64,000 nt of DNA. It comes from Macrostomum lignano. Its lineage: Eukaryota. Made by a program: the position numbers and the translations under genes. Shown here piece by piece: positions 38,714 to 51,030 of the stretch. Positions within the stretch are counted from its first letter, which is position 1; each line of letters starts with the position of its first letter. The notes under the pieces are model-generated. The model worked only from the letters and a program-made list of their open reading frames with translations, was not told where the DNA came from and made no database searches. The DNA is taken from NCBI GenBank assembly GCA_002269645.1, contig NIVC01003725.1, forward strand, positions 1-64,000, read 5' to 3'.

Positions 38714-39822
38714 CCCCGACCGCCGCTCCGGCCAAGTACTCGCCGCCCCGCTGGACGGTGTCCGACGCGCTCATCTTCCTGCTGGTGCTGGGCGCCTGGG
38801 CCGCCGCGGTGGCCGTCTTCCTGCACAAGCTGGGCAGCCTGCGCCTGTCGCGCGGCAGCCGATCCGACAGAGCCCGGCACCTGCGTCCGAAGAATCTGGA
38901 CAAAGTGCAGGTGTGCGCTGAGTCCAGCGGCACTGTGATCTACAGGGAGTACGCGCGAGGCTCTCGGATGTCCATCTGCCTGGAGGAGCGCCAAGCACGA
39001 CTCGCCTGCCTGCAGCGCCGCTTCGCCGAGGAGCGCGCCCTCGAGGCCATCGACGAGCAGGCGAGCGCGGTGGCAACGACGACGGGAGTTGAAGAATCCG
39101 AAGAGCCGCCCAATGGCGACCGGTGCGGGCTGCGGCCGCTGCACTGGCTCCGCTGGCACCCGCAGCAGCAGCAGCAGACTCTGGACGCCATCAGCCTGCG
39201 CCGTCTGCCAACCTACGCAGTGACTTCTGCTGGTGGAGTCAACCTGCAGGTGCTGCCGTCTGCCGCAGCCAGCCAGCACCTGCTGCATCCGGCCTCCGCT
39301 GCCGCCACCGCGTTCAACCCGACAACTGTCGGCGTCAACGGGAAGGATGCTACTGCCGTCACTGCCGCCACAGCTGCCACCGTCAGCGTCATCTCGTCTG
39401 GTCGGCTGGCGTCCTCGACAAAGGAGCCAAATAAATATGCTAAGAGGCAGCGGGCGGAGCAGCAGGCAGAGCAGCAGACGGAGCAGCAAGCGGAGCAGCA
39501 GGTGGAGCAGCAGGCGGAGCAGCAGGCGGAGCAGCAGGCGGAGCAGCAGGCGGAGCAGCAGGCGGAGCGGCAGGAGGAGCAGCAGGCGGAGCAGCAGACG
39601 GAGCAGCAGGCGGAGCAGCAGGCGGAGCGGCAGGAGGAGCAGCAGGCGGAGCGGCAGGAAGAGCACAGATCAAAAGCGCCGCTAATCCGGCAGTTCAGCG
39701 AGTCGGCTGTGAGCAACGGTGCCGGGAGCGACTTGGCGGCCGATCGGCCGACCCGACTGGCGAGTCTGGGCAGCTCCATCAAGTCCGAGCCGGAACGGGC
39801 CGTCAACTCTACGGACGTTTGA
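38714..39822 (+). CDS. FNDC4/5-like gene, exon 3 (TM helix plus cytoplasmic tail with in-frame AEQQ repeat); spliced CDS 1605 nt = 534 aa
   Basis: Acceptor CCACAG| phase 1. TM ALIFLLVLGAWAAAVAVF, then HKLGSLR. GC-rich ORF open to TGA. Confidence 0.85.
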
Positions 39823-40244
39823 CTTGCACGATTCTTTGCACTCGCGCGGAAATTGTACAATGAGTGGACATGCAACTCACCTCTCTGTTGTATCGATTCG
39901 ATATTTTTATTGTCCTCTTTAACTACTATTGCGAATCGACAGTTAAAAAGTCACGTGACTCAATGTGTTGTTGCTCTGAAAAATATTCGTTCCATCTACT
40001 GCGCTATTTAATAAACATTCTAAAGCTACAGATACTACTAAAATAAGTAGTAAATGCCACTCGACTTCAGGGGTTCAACAAAAGTTCAGGGGCCTGATTG
40101 AGCAGCTTCTAATGCTGATGAATTTGCTCAGTGCATAAAATTATTTCGCTGCTACAATTAAGCGATTTGCTCGTGTTCTCGAGTTTTTTAATTACGAGTC
40201 GTACATATGTCGAATTATTGGTGATAAAGAGTAAAGCTTCGCCA

Positions 40245-40880
40245 ACAGCCCCCCCCCCAACAGCCGCCCACTAACAACCCCCTCCAACAACCCCTACCAA
40301 CAGCCCCCCACTAGCAACCCCTCCAACAGCCCCCTACCAACAGCCCCCCAACAACAGGCCCCACTAACAACCCCTTCCAAGTTCTCCAACAGCCCCCCAC
40401 TTACAACCCCCTCCAACAGCCCCCTACCAACAGGCCCCCACTAACAACCCCCTCCAACAGCCCCCCACTAACACCCACTAACAACCACCTCCAATAGCCC
40501 CCTCCAACAGCCCCCACTAACAACCCCCTCCAACAGCCCCCCACTAACACCCACTAACAACCCCCTCCAACAGCCCCTACCAACAGCCCCCCACTAACAA
40601 CCCCCTCCAACAGCCCCCTACCAACAGGCCCCCACTAACAACCCCCTCCAACAGCCCCCACTAACACCCACTAACAACCCCCTCCAATAGCCCCCTCCAA
40701 CAGCCCCCACTAACAACCCCCTCCAACAGCCCCCTACCAACAGCGCCACACAAACAGCCTCCACCAACATCCCCCACTAACAACCCCTACCAGCAGTCCC
40801 ACACTAACAACCCCCTCCAACAGCCCCTACAAACAGCCCCCACGAACAACCTCCACGAACAACCCCCACGTACAACCACC
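40245..40880. repeat. C/A-rich minisatellite (CCCCCTCCAACAGCCCCCACTAACAA variants)
   Basis: Tandem periodicity. Confidence 0.9.
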
Positions 40881-41836
40881 ACAAGCAGCCCACCATGAAA
40901 ACTGCTCCTCAAACGGAGTCCAAAGTTTCATCACGACTCTCGCCGTCAGAACTCGCAAACTGTTTGAGTCGCTGGTGATTATTTAGCCTTATCCCAACTG
41001 AAACTACCTGGCATAAAATTTAAAAATAGTTTAAATTTCAAAAAACCCAAGAAAAACGAAGTCTAACCCGGACCCTGCACGATTGACCTCTCCGGCTCAG
41101 GACACGCTGCTGCTTGAACCCTCCGAGACCTCCCCCGCGGCCCTCCAGAGAAAGTCTAAAGGTGCCCAGACAGATTTGACGGCCGCACTGTCTCCCGCTC
41201 CCCTCTGCCCCGGCAGCACTACTCAGCACCCTGACAAAAGTGGCTCTGAGAGGCTCGGGCCGCAGCTGCTTGGCCTGTCGGACCTTTTGCAGAGTTTGCT
41301 CAGTTGTCTCTGCCGACTGGAGTTGCCGATGACTCACCGCGGGGCTGCCGCTGTTCCTCTTCGAGACTGTTGCTGTCCGCCTGTCAGATCTCCACTCCCC
41401 CCTCTCCCCATTCACACTCGCCGAAGCCGGTCCTCTCAGCCACAATTATTAAGCCATGAAACTGGCCGCAGTGGCCAGTCTGTGAATTGAGGAGCGACAG
41501 GGGCTGTGGAGTAGCCAGGAGGGGGGACTCCAGTGAGTGGCGTGGCTCTTGTTGAGTCCTTATCGCCCGGCCCCCCCCCCCCGAAACCCGGGGCGTTGGG
41601 AGAATAAAAACACTGAAAAGTGCAACATGGAATATAACTGCACACTCCAGGGCTCCGGTGTGAGTGGAGAGGCAAATGAAATTCAATTCTTAGGTGATGA
41701 AAAGATTGGCAGTCTCATGGGACATTGTTGCACTAAAGCTGAAATTATTTAGTAGTGATAAACTCTTTTTTGGTTAATTAAATGCAATAATTGCCACAGA
41801 TCCCCTTCTTCATCTCCTTCTTTTCCGATTGATTTC

Positions 41837-42982
41837 CAAGGACTACTTAACCACTCAGGACGTTACACTTGCGAATGGTAGAAATTCTAGAAAAGGCCGC
41901 TTGCTCCGCTGTGTCCATGGCAATGAAGCCTTTTCACTAACAAACTCTCATACTCTCAGTGCAAGGTTTAAGCAAAGTGATGCAACAATTTTTGTTTTTC
42001 ATCCAAAGTCTTACGAGCGTATCACACGTTCTTTTTGTTCAAAATACCAATGAATGCTGCGTCCCAGGATGCAGAAGCAATTATAAAAGCGGCGAAAAAT
42101 GCACTGTTTTCGGCTTTCCAAAGGAAGAAGCTGAAGCTGAGGCATGGCTCAATGCGTTGCCTGTGCAAGTTAAGGTAATTCATGTAACTTTTGACCCTGT
42201 AATTTCTCGTCCCTACTATAAAGATACGCGAGTGACTGTATTGCGGTGATTATTCAATTTTATCTGTAGAAGGCTAGCATCTACATGGGAGTTGGGTTTT
42301 CAGCACAGGCTGCAGCGCAGTCAACTGAAATCAATTTTCAACAGGACGCGCAGCTATGAAATCTCTGCAAGCCCTGCAGCTCATTCCCACATAGCTGCGC
42401 TTCAGTCGATCTGTCTACCGGTAAAACCATCTGATCCACGTCAGCAATTTCTTCTAGGCGATTCTGGGCAGCGTTGTATTGACAGTTCCGTGCTTGTTTG
42501 AGAAAATATTCGAAAAAAATTGTGTGTGCGAGTGTCTCGAAGGCTGGCCAACTCCATCTATAGAGGAATCCGAGACTTAGAGATACCTAGAGAGAATCCG
42601 AGACTTCAGGCAATCAACCACCGCTTGCTCTCGCCGACTTCGCAAACTGAAACCTAGTTGAATGTCTCTTTTAAACATCTTTATGTTCATCTGGATCTAT
42701 TTTGCCTTATACAGTTGTATACAGAGTTCCATCAGTTGCATATCCTACTCTTTAATTGTAATGTACTTCTTGTACCGACTATATTGTATTTATTAATTAT
42801 ATATTCGTAAAAATAAAATATATAGCGAACAGTTTATGAGCACCTATCACTAGATAGTTTAGCACTTGCTTCTTTATCGAAAAGGCTTATTGAAAAGCCA
42901 TAGAAACAGCTAAAGCAAGCGGCCTTTTCTAGAATTTCTACCAATCGCGAGTGTAACGTCCTGAGTTGTTTAGTAGTCCTTG
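41837..42982 (+). mobile_element. Internally deleted P-superfamily DNA transposon (1146 bp) carrying a THAP-domain remnant
   Basis: 69-bp TIRs (41837-41905 / 42914-42982, 65/69 identical) starting CAAGG. Exact 8-bp TSD TTGATTTC at 41829-41836 and 42983-42990. THAP N-terminus inside. Confidence 0.92.
42046..42174 (+). pseudogene. THAP zinc-finger fragment (CCVPGCRSNY..VFGFPK..AWL.ALP) of a P-like transposase
   Basis: THAP CxxxxC, FP and W motifs present. No in-frame ATG next to the first Cys. Followed by donor AAG|GTAATT. The third Cys and the His are missing. Confidence 0.8.
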
Positions 42983-43074
42983 TTGATTTCTTGCTCCACA
43001 ACTTTTATTCCACCTCTATCTTTAAGAGATGTCTATTTCTACCTCCATCTTTAATGCATCTCCGTCCACTCCCT

Positions 43075-43560
43075 GATGTATCTCTACCCGCTTTCTGGTG
43101 TACTTCTACCCCCTCTCTGCAGTGTATCTCTACCCGCTCTCTGGTGTACTTCTACCCCCTCTCTGCAGTGTATCTCTACCCGCTCTCTGGTGTACTTCTA
43201 CCCCCTCTCTGCAGTGTATCTCTACCCGCTCTCTGGTGTACTTCTACCCCCTCTCTGCAGTGTATCTCTACCCGCTCTCTGGTGTACTTCTACCCCCTCT
43301 CTGCAGTGTATCTCTACCCGCTCTCTGGTGTACTTCTACCCCCTCTCTGCAGTGTATCTCTACCCCCTCTCTGGTGTATCTCTACCCCCTCTCTGGTTTG
43401 CTTCTACCCCCTCTCTGGTGTATCTCTAGCCCCTCTCTGGTGTGCTTCTACCCCTCTCTGGCGTATCTCTACCCCTCTCTGGTGTATCTCTACCCCTCTC
43501 TGGTGTATCTCTACCCCTCTCTGGTGTATCTCTACCCCTTTCTAATGTATCTTTACCCCT
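43075..43560. repeat. 46-bp (dimeric 23-bp) pyrimidine-rich repeat decaying into 21-22-bp monomers
   Basis: Tandem periodicity. Confidence 0.92.
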
Positions 43561-44068
43561 CTCTCTGGTGCATTTCTACTCGCGTTCCCTGATGTCTCTC
43601 TAACCCTCTCCTTAGGTCTCTTAATGCCCATCCACCGCCCTACCACTATACTTCCTCTACTCTACCCCCATCTATGAGACTTTCTATCCCCCATCTGGTG
43701 TCTTTCTCCTCACGCTGAGCTGCTCTCCCTTCTCTTTTATGCCTCCCATTTATCTTCACTTTCCCTCTCCAATCACCCACCCTGTTTTGAGCGGCCAGCA
43801 AAGTCCCCATAGCGAATCAAAGTGCTAATTGAGGGCTTGAAGTTCCGAGGCGCGGTCGGGTCGGGCCGGTCCATGCAGCCAGTGTCCGTGGCAAATGGGA
43901 ATGGGAATTTCGCAGCGATCCCGTCTGCCAATAACCGCCGGCGAGAGGCAGGAATTCCCGGGCGGTAGGGATTTTTCTACCAGGGCTGCAGGACCACTTT
44001 CCTGCTTGGAGAGTGTTTAAGCAAAGAGTGGCCTGTTAAGGACTACGGCTGCTGAGACGCACTGGCTC

Positions 44069-47000
44069 ATGCAACTCAACTGGCAAGAGACACCGAATGG
44101 CTACCAGAGTAAGTTTTTCCGGTTTGCCGCTGCCATCTGTGGGCACCGACTCTGATGACCATTGGAATTCAGAGCAATCATTTTATTATTGAGTGCGTTT
44201 ACCGACAAAATTTTGCACCTTTGATATCAAATATTATCATCCTACTTTTGCTGATAAGATTTCGCACCTTTGATATCAAATATTATCATCCTACGTTTGC
44301 CGATAAGATTTCGCACCTTTGATATCAAATATTATCATCCTACGTTTGCCGATAAGATTTCGCACCTTTGATATCAAATATTATCATCCTACGTTTGCTG
44401 ATAAGATTTCGCACCTTTGATATCAAATATTATCATCCTACGTTTGCCGATAAGATTTCGCACCTTTGATATCAAATATTATCATCCTACGTTTGCCGAT
44501 AAGATTTCGCACCTTTGATATCAAATATTATCATCCTACGTTTGCTGATAAGATTTCGCACCTTTGATATCAAATATTATCATCCTACGTTTGCCGATAA
44601 GATTTCGCACCTTTGATATCAAATATTATCATCCTACGTTTGCTGATAAGATTTCGCACCTTTGATATCAAATATTATCATCCTACGTTTGCTGATAAGA
44701 TTTCGCACCTTTGATATCAAATATTATCATCCTACGTTTGCCGATAAGATTTCGCACCTTTGATATCAAATATTATCATCCTACGTTTGCTGATAAGATT
44801 TCGCACCTTTGATATCAAATATTATCATCCTACGTTTGCCGATAAGATTTCGCACCTTTGATATCAAATATTATCATCCTACGTTTGCCGATAAGATTTC
44901 GCACCTTTGATATCAAATATTATCATCCTACGTTTGCTGATAAGATTTCGCACCTTTGATATCAAATATTATCATCCTACGTTTGCTGATAAGATTTCGC
45001 ACCTTTGATATCAAATATTATCATCCTACGTTTGCCGATAAGATTTCGCACCTTTGATATCAAATATTATCATCCTACGTTTGCCGATAAGATTTCGCAC
45101 CTTTGATATCAAATATTATCATCCTACTTTTGCCGATAAGATTTCGCACCTTTGATATCAAATATTATCATCCTACGTTTGCTGATAAGATTTCGCACCT
45201 TTGATATCAAATATTATCATCCTACGTTTGCTGATAAGATTTCGCACCTTTGATATCAAATATTATCAATCCTACGTTTGCCGATAAGATTTCGCACCTT
45301 TGATATCAAATATTATCATCCTACGTTTGCCGATAAGATTTCGCACATTTGATATCAAATATTATCATCCTACGTTTGCTGATAAGATTTCGCACCTTTG
45401 ATATCAAATATTATCATCCTACGTTTGCCGATAAGATTTCGCACCTTTGATATCAAATATTATCATCCTACGTTTGCTGATAAGATTTCGCACCTTTGAT
45501 ATCAAATATTATCATCCTACGTTTGCCGATAAGATTTCGCACCTTTGATATCAAATATTATCATCCTACGTTTGCTGATAAGATTTCGCACCTTTGATAT
45601 CAATATCCTACGTTTGCTGATAAAGCGTATTTACTGATAAGAACTATTAGCACCCTTGATACTATCCGATAATACTTTGCACTTTTTCACTCCTGATATT
45701 GGCTAATTATTTTATTGATTAGAACGTGCACCAATTTCACTCACCTTTGCACTGGCTGGATTATGAAATTGGTCATGCGGCCACCCACCCACCACCAGAA
45801 GTTCGCCAACTCTCTCCAGAATGATGGCAGGGCCTTGTGAATAGTGCTTGTCCAGCACCAGGTGAAAACCAAACAGAGCCAGACACTGATCACTCTGCGC
45901 CTCACTGCTCCCGAAGTTTTTTTCGGGGGTCTGTTGGAGTTCATCAGCGAGGACAGGACATTTCCGCTTGGGTGAAGCCCGCAACTGCAACGCTGCCATG
46001 AAGCTCTGACTCTCCATATCTTTTCCAGCCTCACCTCACCAATACTGTCTTTACATGCATAGAGGCTACATCCTTCTGCATGCAGGTCAGAATATCGCTA
46101 TATTCTGTAAATTCCTTTACGTCGCCTGTGTTTGTCTCCCTTACCCGCCATCTCATTTCTCTCCATTCTCTGCTGACAGCTGCTAGTCTAAGCTTAACTG
46201 ACCCGCCACCATAAGGACTTAACAGCTTTACTTAAATTAGGACCCCGCCCCCCCTCTTTGATGTCCCTCTCAACTCTCTGCTTCCCACTCGCTGTTCTCC
46301 GCTCTCCCCTCTCCCCTCTCCCCTCTCCCCTCTCCTCTCTACACACCACTCTTCCCTCTCCCCTCTCCTCTCTACACCACTCTTCCCTCTCCCCTCTCTC
46401 CTTTCCCCTCTCACTCTTTCCCCTGTCCGCTCTCCCCTCCACTCTCCCCTCTACTCTCTCCACTTTCCACTCTACTATCTACATGTATTCTCTCCACTTT
46501 CCACTCTCCACTCTTTTCTCTCCACTCTCTCATCTCCACTCTCCACTCTCCGCTCGGCACTGCATTCAAACAAGGTACAAAGCATGCGGCTCGTGCACTT
46601 TTCTGCAATCGAATTCATTTCCAAAGCCATCCCCGGCCATCTTCAAGCAGGCACCCTGACTGCCGCTGGTGGCCGGCTTTCACTGCACAGTCCGCAGCGT
46701 CTGTCGCTGACTCGTCAAAGTCCGCCGTGCCTTCCGCTGCCTTCCGCTGCCCGCCATCCCGTTGTAGGCGGCAATAGAAAACTTAAGAAAAGCACAGGGG
46801 CGACTACTTTCAGTGCAGATGCCATTGGCAGATCAATGCGAATTACTCGAAAATGTCAGGACAGCTGCTATTCAATGCGAATTACTCGAAAATGTCAGGA
46901 CAGCTGCTATTCAATTAGTCATCTCCGTACACCAGCGTAGAGAAAAGCAATTTTAGTTGAAATTTAACAACAAATTCATCCGGTATATTGAGGAGGAAAA

Positions 47001-47383
47001 GCGATAAAATTCAGGAACTTTCGCATGAACTAGCATGAAAGATTTAAAATTTTAACAGGCTGCCCTACTAGAAGTAGCAAAATTAGCATATGGCAAATAA
47101 ATTGCTTTTTTCCTGTTCGCTCCCGCTTCGCCACGCAGGAGCAGCCGCTGCCAGCGTCTAGCTGTCGCGTCTGCGGAGGCGGCGGAGGAGGCGACTGCCG
47201 CTGCCTGTCCGCGCCGTGCCCGCCGCCGCCTGCGCCACCGCTGCTCTATGGGAAGTATCGACATCTGCTGGCCAGAAGGACACAGCAGCAGCAGCAGCAG
47301 CAGCGAATGTGCTACAAGCCAAACCCCATGTTGGCTAAGCGAGCTTCCGGCACGAGTGTGTTCGCCACTTCTGAGACCTCCAG
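44069..47383 (+). CDS. Putative orphan multi-exon gene (44069-44108, 46651-46763, 47139-47383; continuation uncertain)
   Basis: Phase-compatible GT-AG junctions (1, 0, 2). Exon 47139-47383 has a strong acceptor and donor and Gly/Pro/Gln-rich coding-like codons. No recognisable domain. Confidence 0.3.
44210..45625. repeat. 49-bp tandem repeat GCACCTTTGATATCAAATATTATCATCCTACGTTTGC(C/T)GATAAGATTTC (about 28 copies)
   Basis: Tandem periodicity. Two single-base variants interspersed. Confidence 0.97.
46290..46555. repeat. CT-rich low-complexity tract
   Basis: Base composition. Confidence 0.85.
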
Positions 47384-47479
47384 GTAGGGGCCTGTCCGTG
47401 GCAATGGGCTCTGTTGCTTGATATAGATTTTTGGCTGCAAAACTTTTTGGAGCGCCCCTTCTTTCCCACCGGTCTTCTT

Positions 47480-48090
47480 TCACATCCTCTTCATTCACAC
47501 CCGATTCTTTCACACCCTATTCATTCACACCCTACTCATTCACACCCTATTCATTCACACCCTATTCATTCACACCCTATTCATTCACACCCTATTCATT
47601 CACACCCTATTCATTCACACCCTATTCTTTCACACCCTCTTCTTTCACACCCTACTCATTCACACTCTATTCATTCACACCCTACTCATTCACACCCGAT
47701 TATTTCACACCCTATTCATTCACACCCTATTCATTCACACCCTATTCATTCACACCCTATTCATTCACACCCTATTCATTCACACCCTATTCATTCACAC
47801 CCTATTCTTTCACACCCTCTTCTTTCACACCCTACTCATTCACACTCTATTCATTCACACCCTACTCATTCACACCCGATTATTTCACACCCTATTCATT
47901 CACACCCTATTCATTCACACCCTATTCATTCACACCCTATTCATTCACACCCTATTCATTCACACCCTATTCATTCACACCCTATTCATTCACACCCTAT
48001 TCATTCACACCCTATTCATTCACACCCTATTCATTCACACCCTATTCATTCACACTCTGTTCATTCACACCCTATTCATTCACACCCTCT
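47480..48090. repeat. 15-bp minisatellite TCATTCACACCCTAT
   Basis: Tandem periodicity. Explains the SFTPY/HSHPI ORFs. Confidence 0.95.
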
Positions 48091-48594
48091 CTTTCACATC
48101 CTTTTCTTTTCTACTCTCTTTCTCCGCTCGTGTTTATTGCTTTCTTCTATTGATTTCTTTCGAAACTGCATTTCCTTCTTTCACCTCGTCCCTCTAGATT
48201 GGCTCATGACTTCTTTCTCGATTGCTTCAGAGTTTTGGCATCTCAAGATCGTGATTTAATTCGGAATATCCAACAGCAATAAACTATTCGTCTAGAATCT
48301 GTAGCTTTACAAAGTGGAGCAGAGTTTTCGTTAATAAAAAGAACCCATTTCGGCGTCAAAGCGCCTACATCAGGTTGTTGGTTAGGCTTGAAGAACTGGG
48401 GTTGGGGCATCTTCCGCAGACCCACAGGCGGAAATTCAAACGGGTCAGAAAATGCGCGATTGTGAAGATCGGACTGAGAGCCTCACGCGCCCGGAGTTTT
48501 GAATGAGCGATTCAATAAAATTTTTTCCCATCGCACCGGTTGAGTATAGTTCTTGTATTGCTATTAATGCGTTTGTGCTTTGTATTATTCTCTA

Positions 48595-48651
48595 GTGTCT
48601 GTCTGCCTGTCTTAGTGTCTGTCTGTCTGTCTGTTTGTGTGTGTGTGTGTG

Positions 48652-48742
<91 letters not shown>

Positions 48743-48751
48743 GTGTGTGTG

Positions 48752-48795
<44 letters not shown>
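48595..48795. repeat. (TGTC)n/(TG)n microsatellite
   Basis: Direct reading. Confidence 0.95.
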
Positions 48796-48799
<4 letters not shown>

Positions 48800-49364
48800 C
48801 GCTTGTGTGTCCATCAGCTAAGAGCAGCTCAGTGCTAAATTTGCTGGAGTTCAAGCCCAGCAACAATTACTGGTGGGGGGTCAAAGCCCCATTGTAGCGA
48901 GTGACGCAGCAGGCAGTCCAGCTTCCTCAGAGGCTGCTCATGAATCCACTCAGCCCCGGGTCATTTGAGTATCACTCACCTGCTTGACACCTCGATAGGC
49001 GAGAGAAGCAGAGAGAAACCTTATTGAAATGGGGGAGTGGGGTTTAGGCGGGAAAATTCACCGGCCCAGCCTCTCCGCTTCCCCATCAATTGTCCGGCTC
49101 AGCTGTTGCCCCAGCGTGAACCCGACGGCTCGGAGCCATTGGCGGCGGGACTGGCAGCGCCCCTGGGTTCTAATTTCAAGGATGCAGTGCAGATTTGCAC
49201 GGCTAAGATCAGGCTGAGACCTGAAAATTTTAAGGAACAAAATTTCAACTGAAGATTCATCTCCCAGTGCCAAGATGGACAGAGTGAGAAAAGTCATTGG
49301 CCAATTTTAAGCATTGGTCGGGTTTTAGGTTTTAAAGAGGGAAAATTATGAAATTTTAGTTGCT

Positions 49365-51030
49365 GACACTGTGAGAAGTAGAGAAATGGCAGGTGAAGGA
49401 AGGTGAGAGACAGTGTGAGAAGTAGAGAAATGGCAGGTGAAGGAAGGTGAGAGACACTGTGAGAAGTAGAGAAATGGCAGGTGAAGGAAGGTGAGAGACA
49501 GTGTGAGAAGTAGAGAAATGGCAGGTGAAGGAAGGTGAGAGACAGTGTGAGAAGTAGAGAAATGGCAGGTGAAGGAAGGTGAGAGACAGTGTGAGAAGTA
49601 GAGAAATGGCAGGTGAAGGAAGGTGAGAGACAGTGTGAGAAGTAGAGAAATGGCAGGTGAAGGAAGGTGAGAGACAGTGTGAGAAGTAGAGAAATGGCAG
49701 TAGAGAGTAGGTCAGAGACAGTGTGAGAAGTAGAGAAATGGCAGTAGAGAGTAGGTCAGAGACATTGTGAGAAGTAGAGAAATGGCAGTAGAGAGTAGGT
49801 CAGAGACATTGTGAGAAGTAGAGAAATGGCAGTAGAGAGTAGGTCAGAGACAGTGTGAGAAGTAGAGAAATGGCAGGTGAGGGTAATTTAGAGACAGTGT
49901 GAGAAGTAGAGAAATGGCAGGTGAGGGTAATTTAGAGACAGTGTGAGAAGTAGAGAAATGGCAGGTGAGGGTAATTTAGAGACAGTGTGAGAAGTAGAGA
50001 AATGGCAGGTGAGGGTAATTTAGAGACATTGTGAGAAGTAGAGAAATGGCAGTAGAGAGTAGGTCAGAGACAGTGTGAGAAGTAGAGAAATGGCAGGTGA
50101 GGGTAATTTAGAGACAGTGTGAGAAGTAGAGAAATGGCAGGTGAGGGTAATTTAGAGACATTGTGAGAAGTAGAGAAATGGCAGTAGAGAGTAGGTCAGA
50201 GACATTGTGAGAAGTAGAGAAATGGCAGTAGAGAGTAGGTCAGAGACATTGTGAGAAGTAGAGAAATGGCAGGTGAGGGAAATTTAGAGACAGTGTGAGA
50301 AGTAGAGAAATGGCAGGTGAGGGTAATTTAGAGACAGCGTGAGGAGTAGAGAAATGGCAGGTGAGGGTAATTTAGAGACAGTGTGAGAAGTAGAGAAATG
50401 GCAGGTGAGGGTAATTTAGAGACAGTGTGAGAAGTAGAGAAATGGCAGGTGAGGGTAATTTAGAGACAGTGTGAGAAGTAGAGAAATGGCAGGTGAGGGT
50501 AATTTAGAGACATTGTGAGAAGTAGAGAAATGGCAGTAGAGAGTAGGTCAGAGACAGTGTGAGAAGTAGAGAAATGGCAGGTGAGGGTAATTTAGAGACA
50601 GTGTGAGAAGTAGAGAAATGGCAGGTGAGGGTAATTTAGAGACAGCGTGAGGAGTAGAGAAATGGCAGGTGAGGGTAATTTAGAGACAGTGTGAGAAGTA
50701 GAGAAATGGCAGGTGAGGGTAATTTAGAGACAGTGTGAGAAGTAGAGAAATGGCAGGTGAGGGTAATTTAGAGACAGCGTGAGGAGTAGAGAAATGGCAG
50801 GTGAGGGTAATTTAGAGACAGTGTGAGAAGTAGAGAAATGGCAGGTGAGGGTAATTTAGAGACAGTGTGAGAAGTAGAGAAATGGCAGGTGAGGGTAATT
50901 TAGAGACAGTGTGAGAAGTAGAGAAATGGCAGGTGAGGGTAATTTAGAGACAGTGTGAGAAGTAGAGAAATGGCAGGTACCCCTGGTAAGGGTAATTTAG
51001 AGACAGTGGGAGAAGTAGAGAAATGGGAGG
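49365..51030. repeat. 44-bp purine-rich tandem repeat with three block-structured variants
   Basis: Core GAGACAGTGTGAGAAGTAGAGAAATGGCAG followed by GTGAAGGAAGGTGA, TAGAGAGTAGGTCA or GTGAGGGTAATTTA. Confidence 0.96.

Noticed and set aside
41498-41660. CAGGGGCTGTGGAG as the left end of another hAT MITE
   Set aside because: No convincing matching inverted end or TSD was found.
45741-46034. Minus-strand frame RRRVISVWLCLVFTWCW as a GPCR TM6 fragment
   Set aside because: Lacks the CWxP proline and any flanking TM segments. Likely chance.
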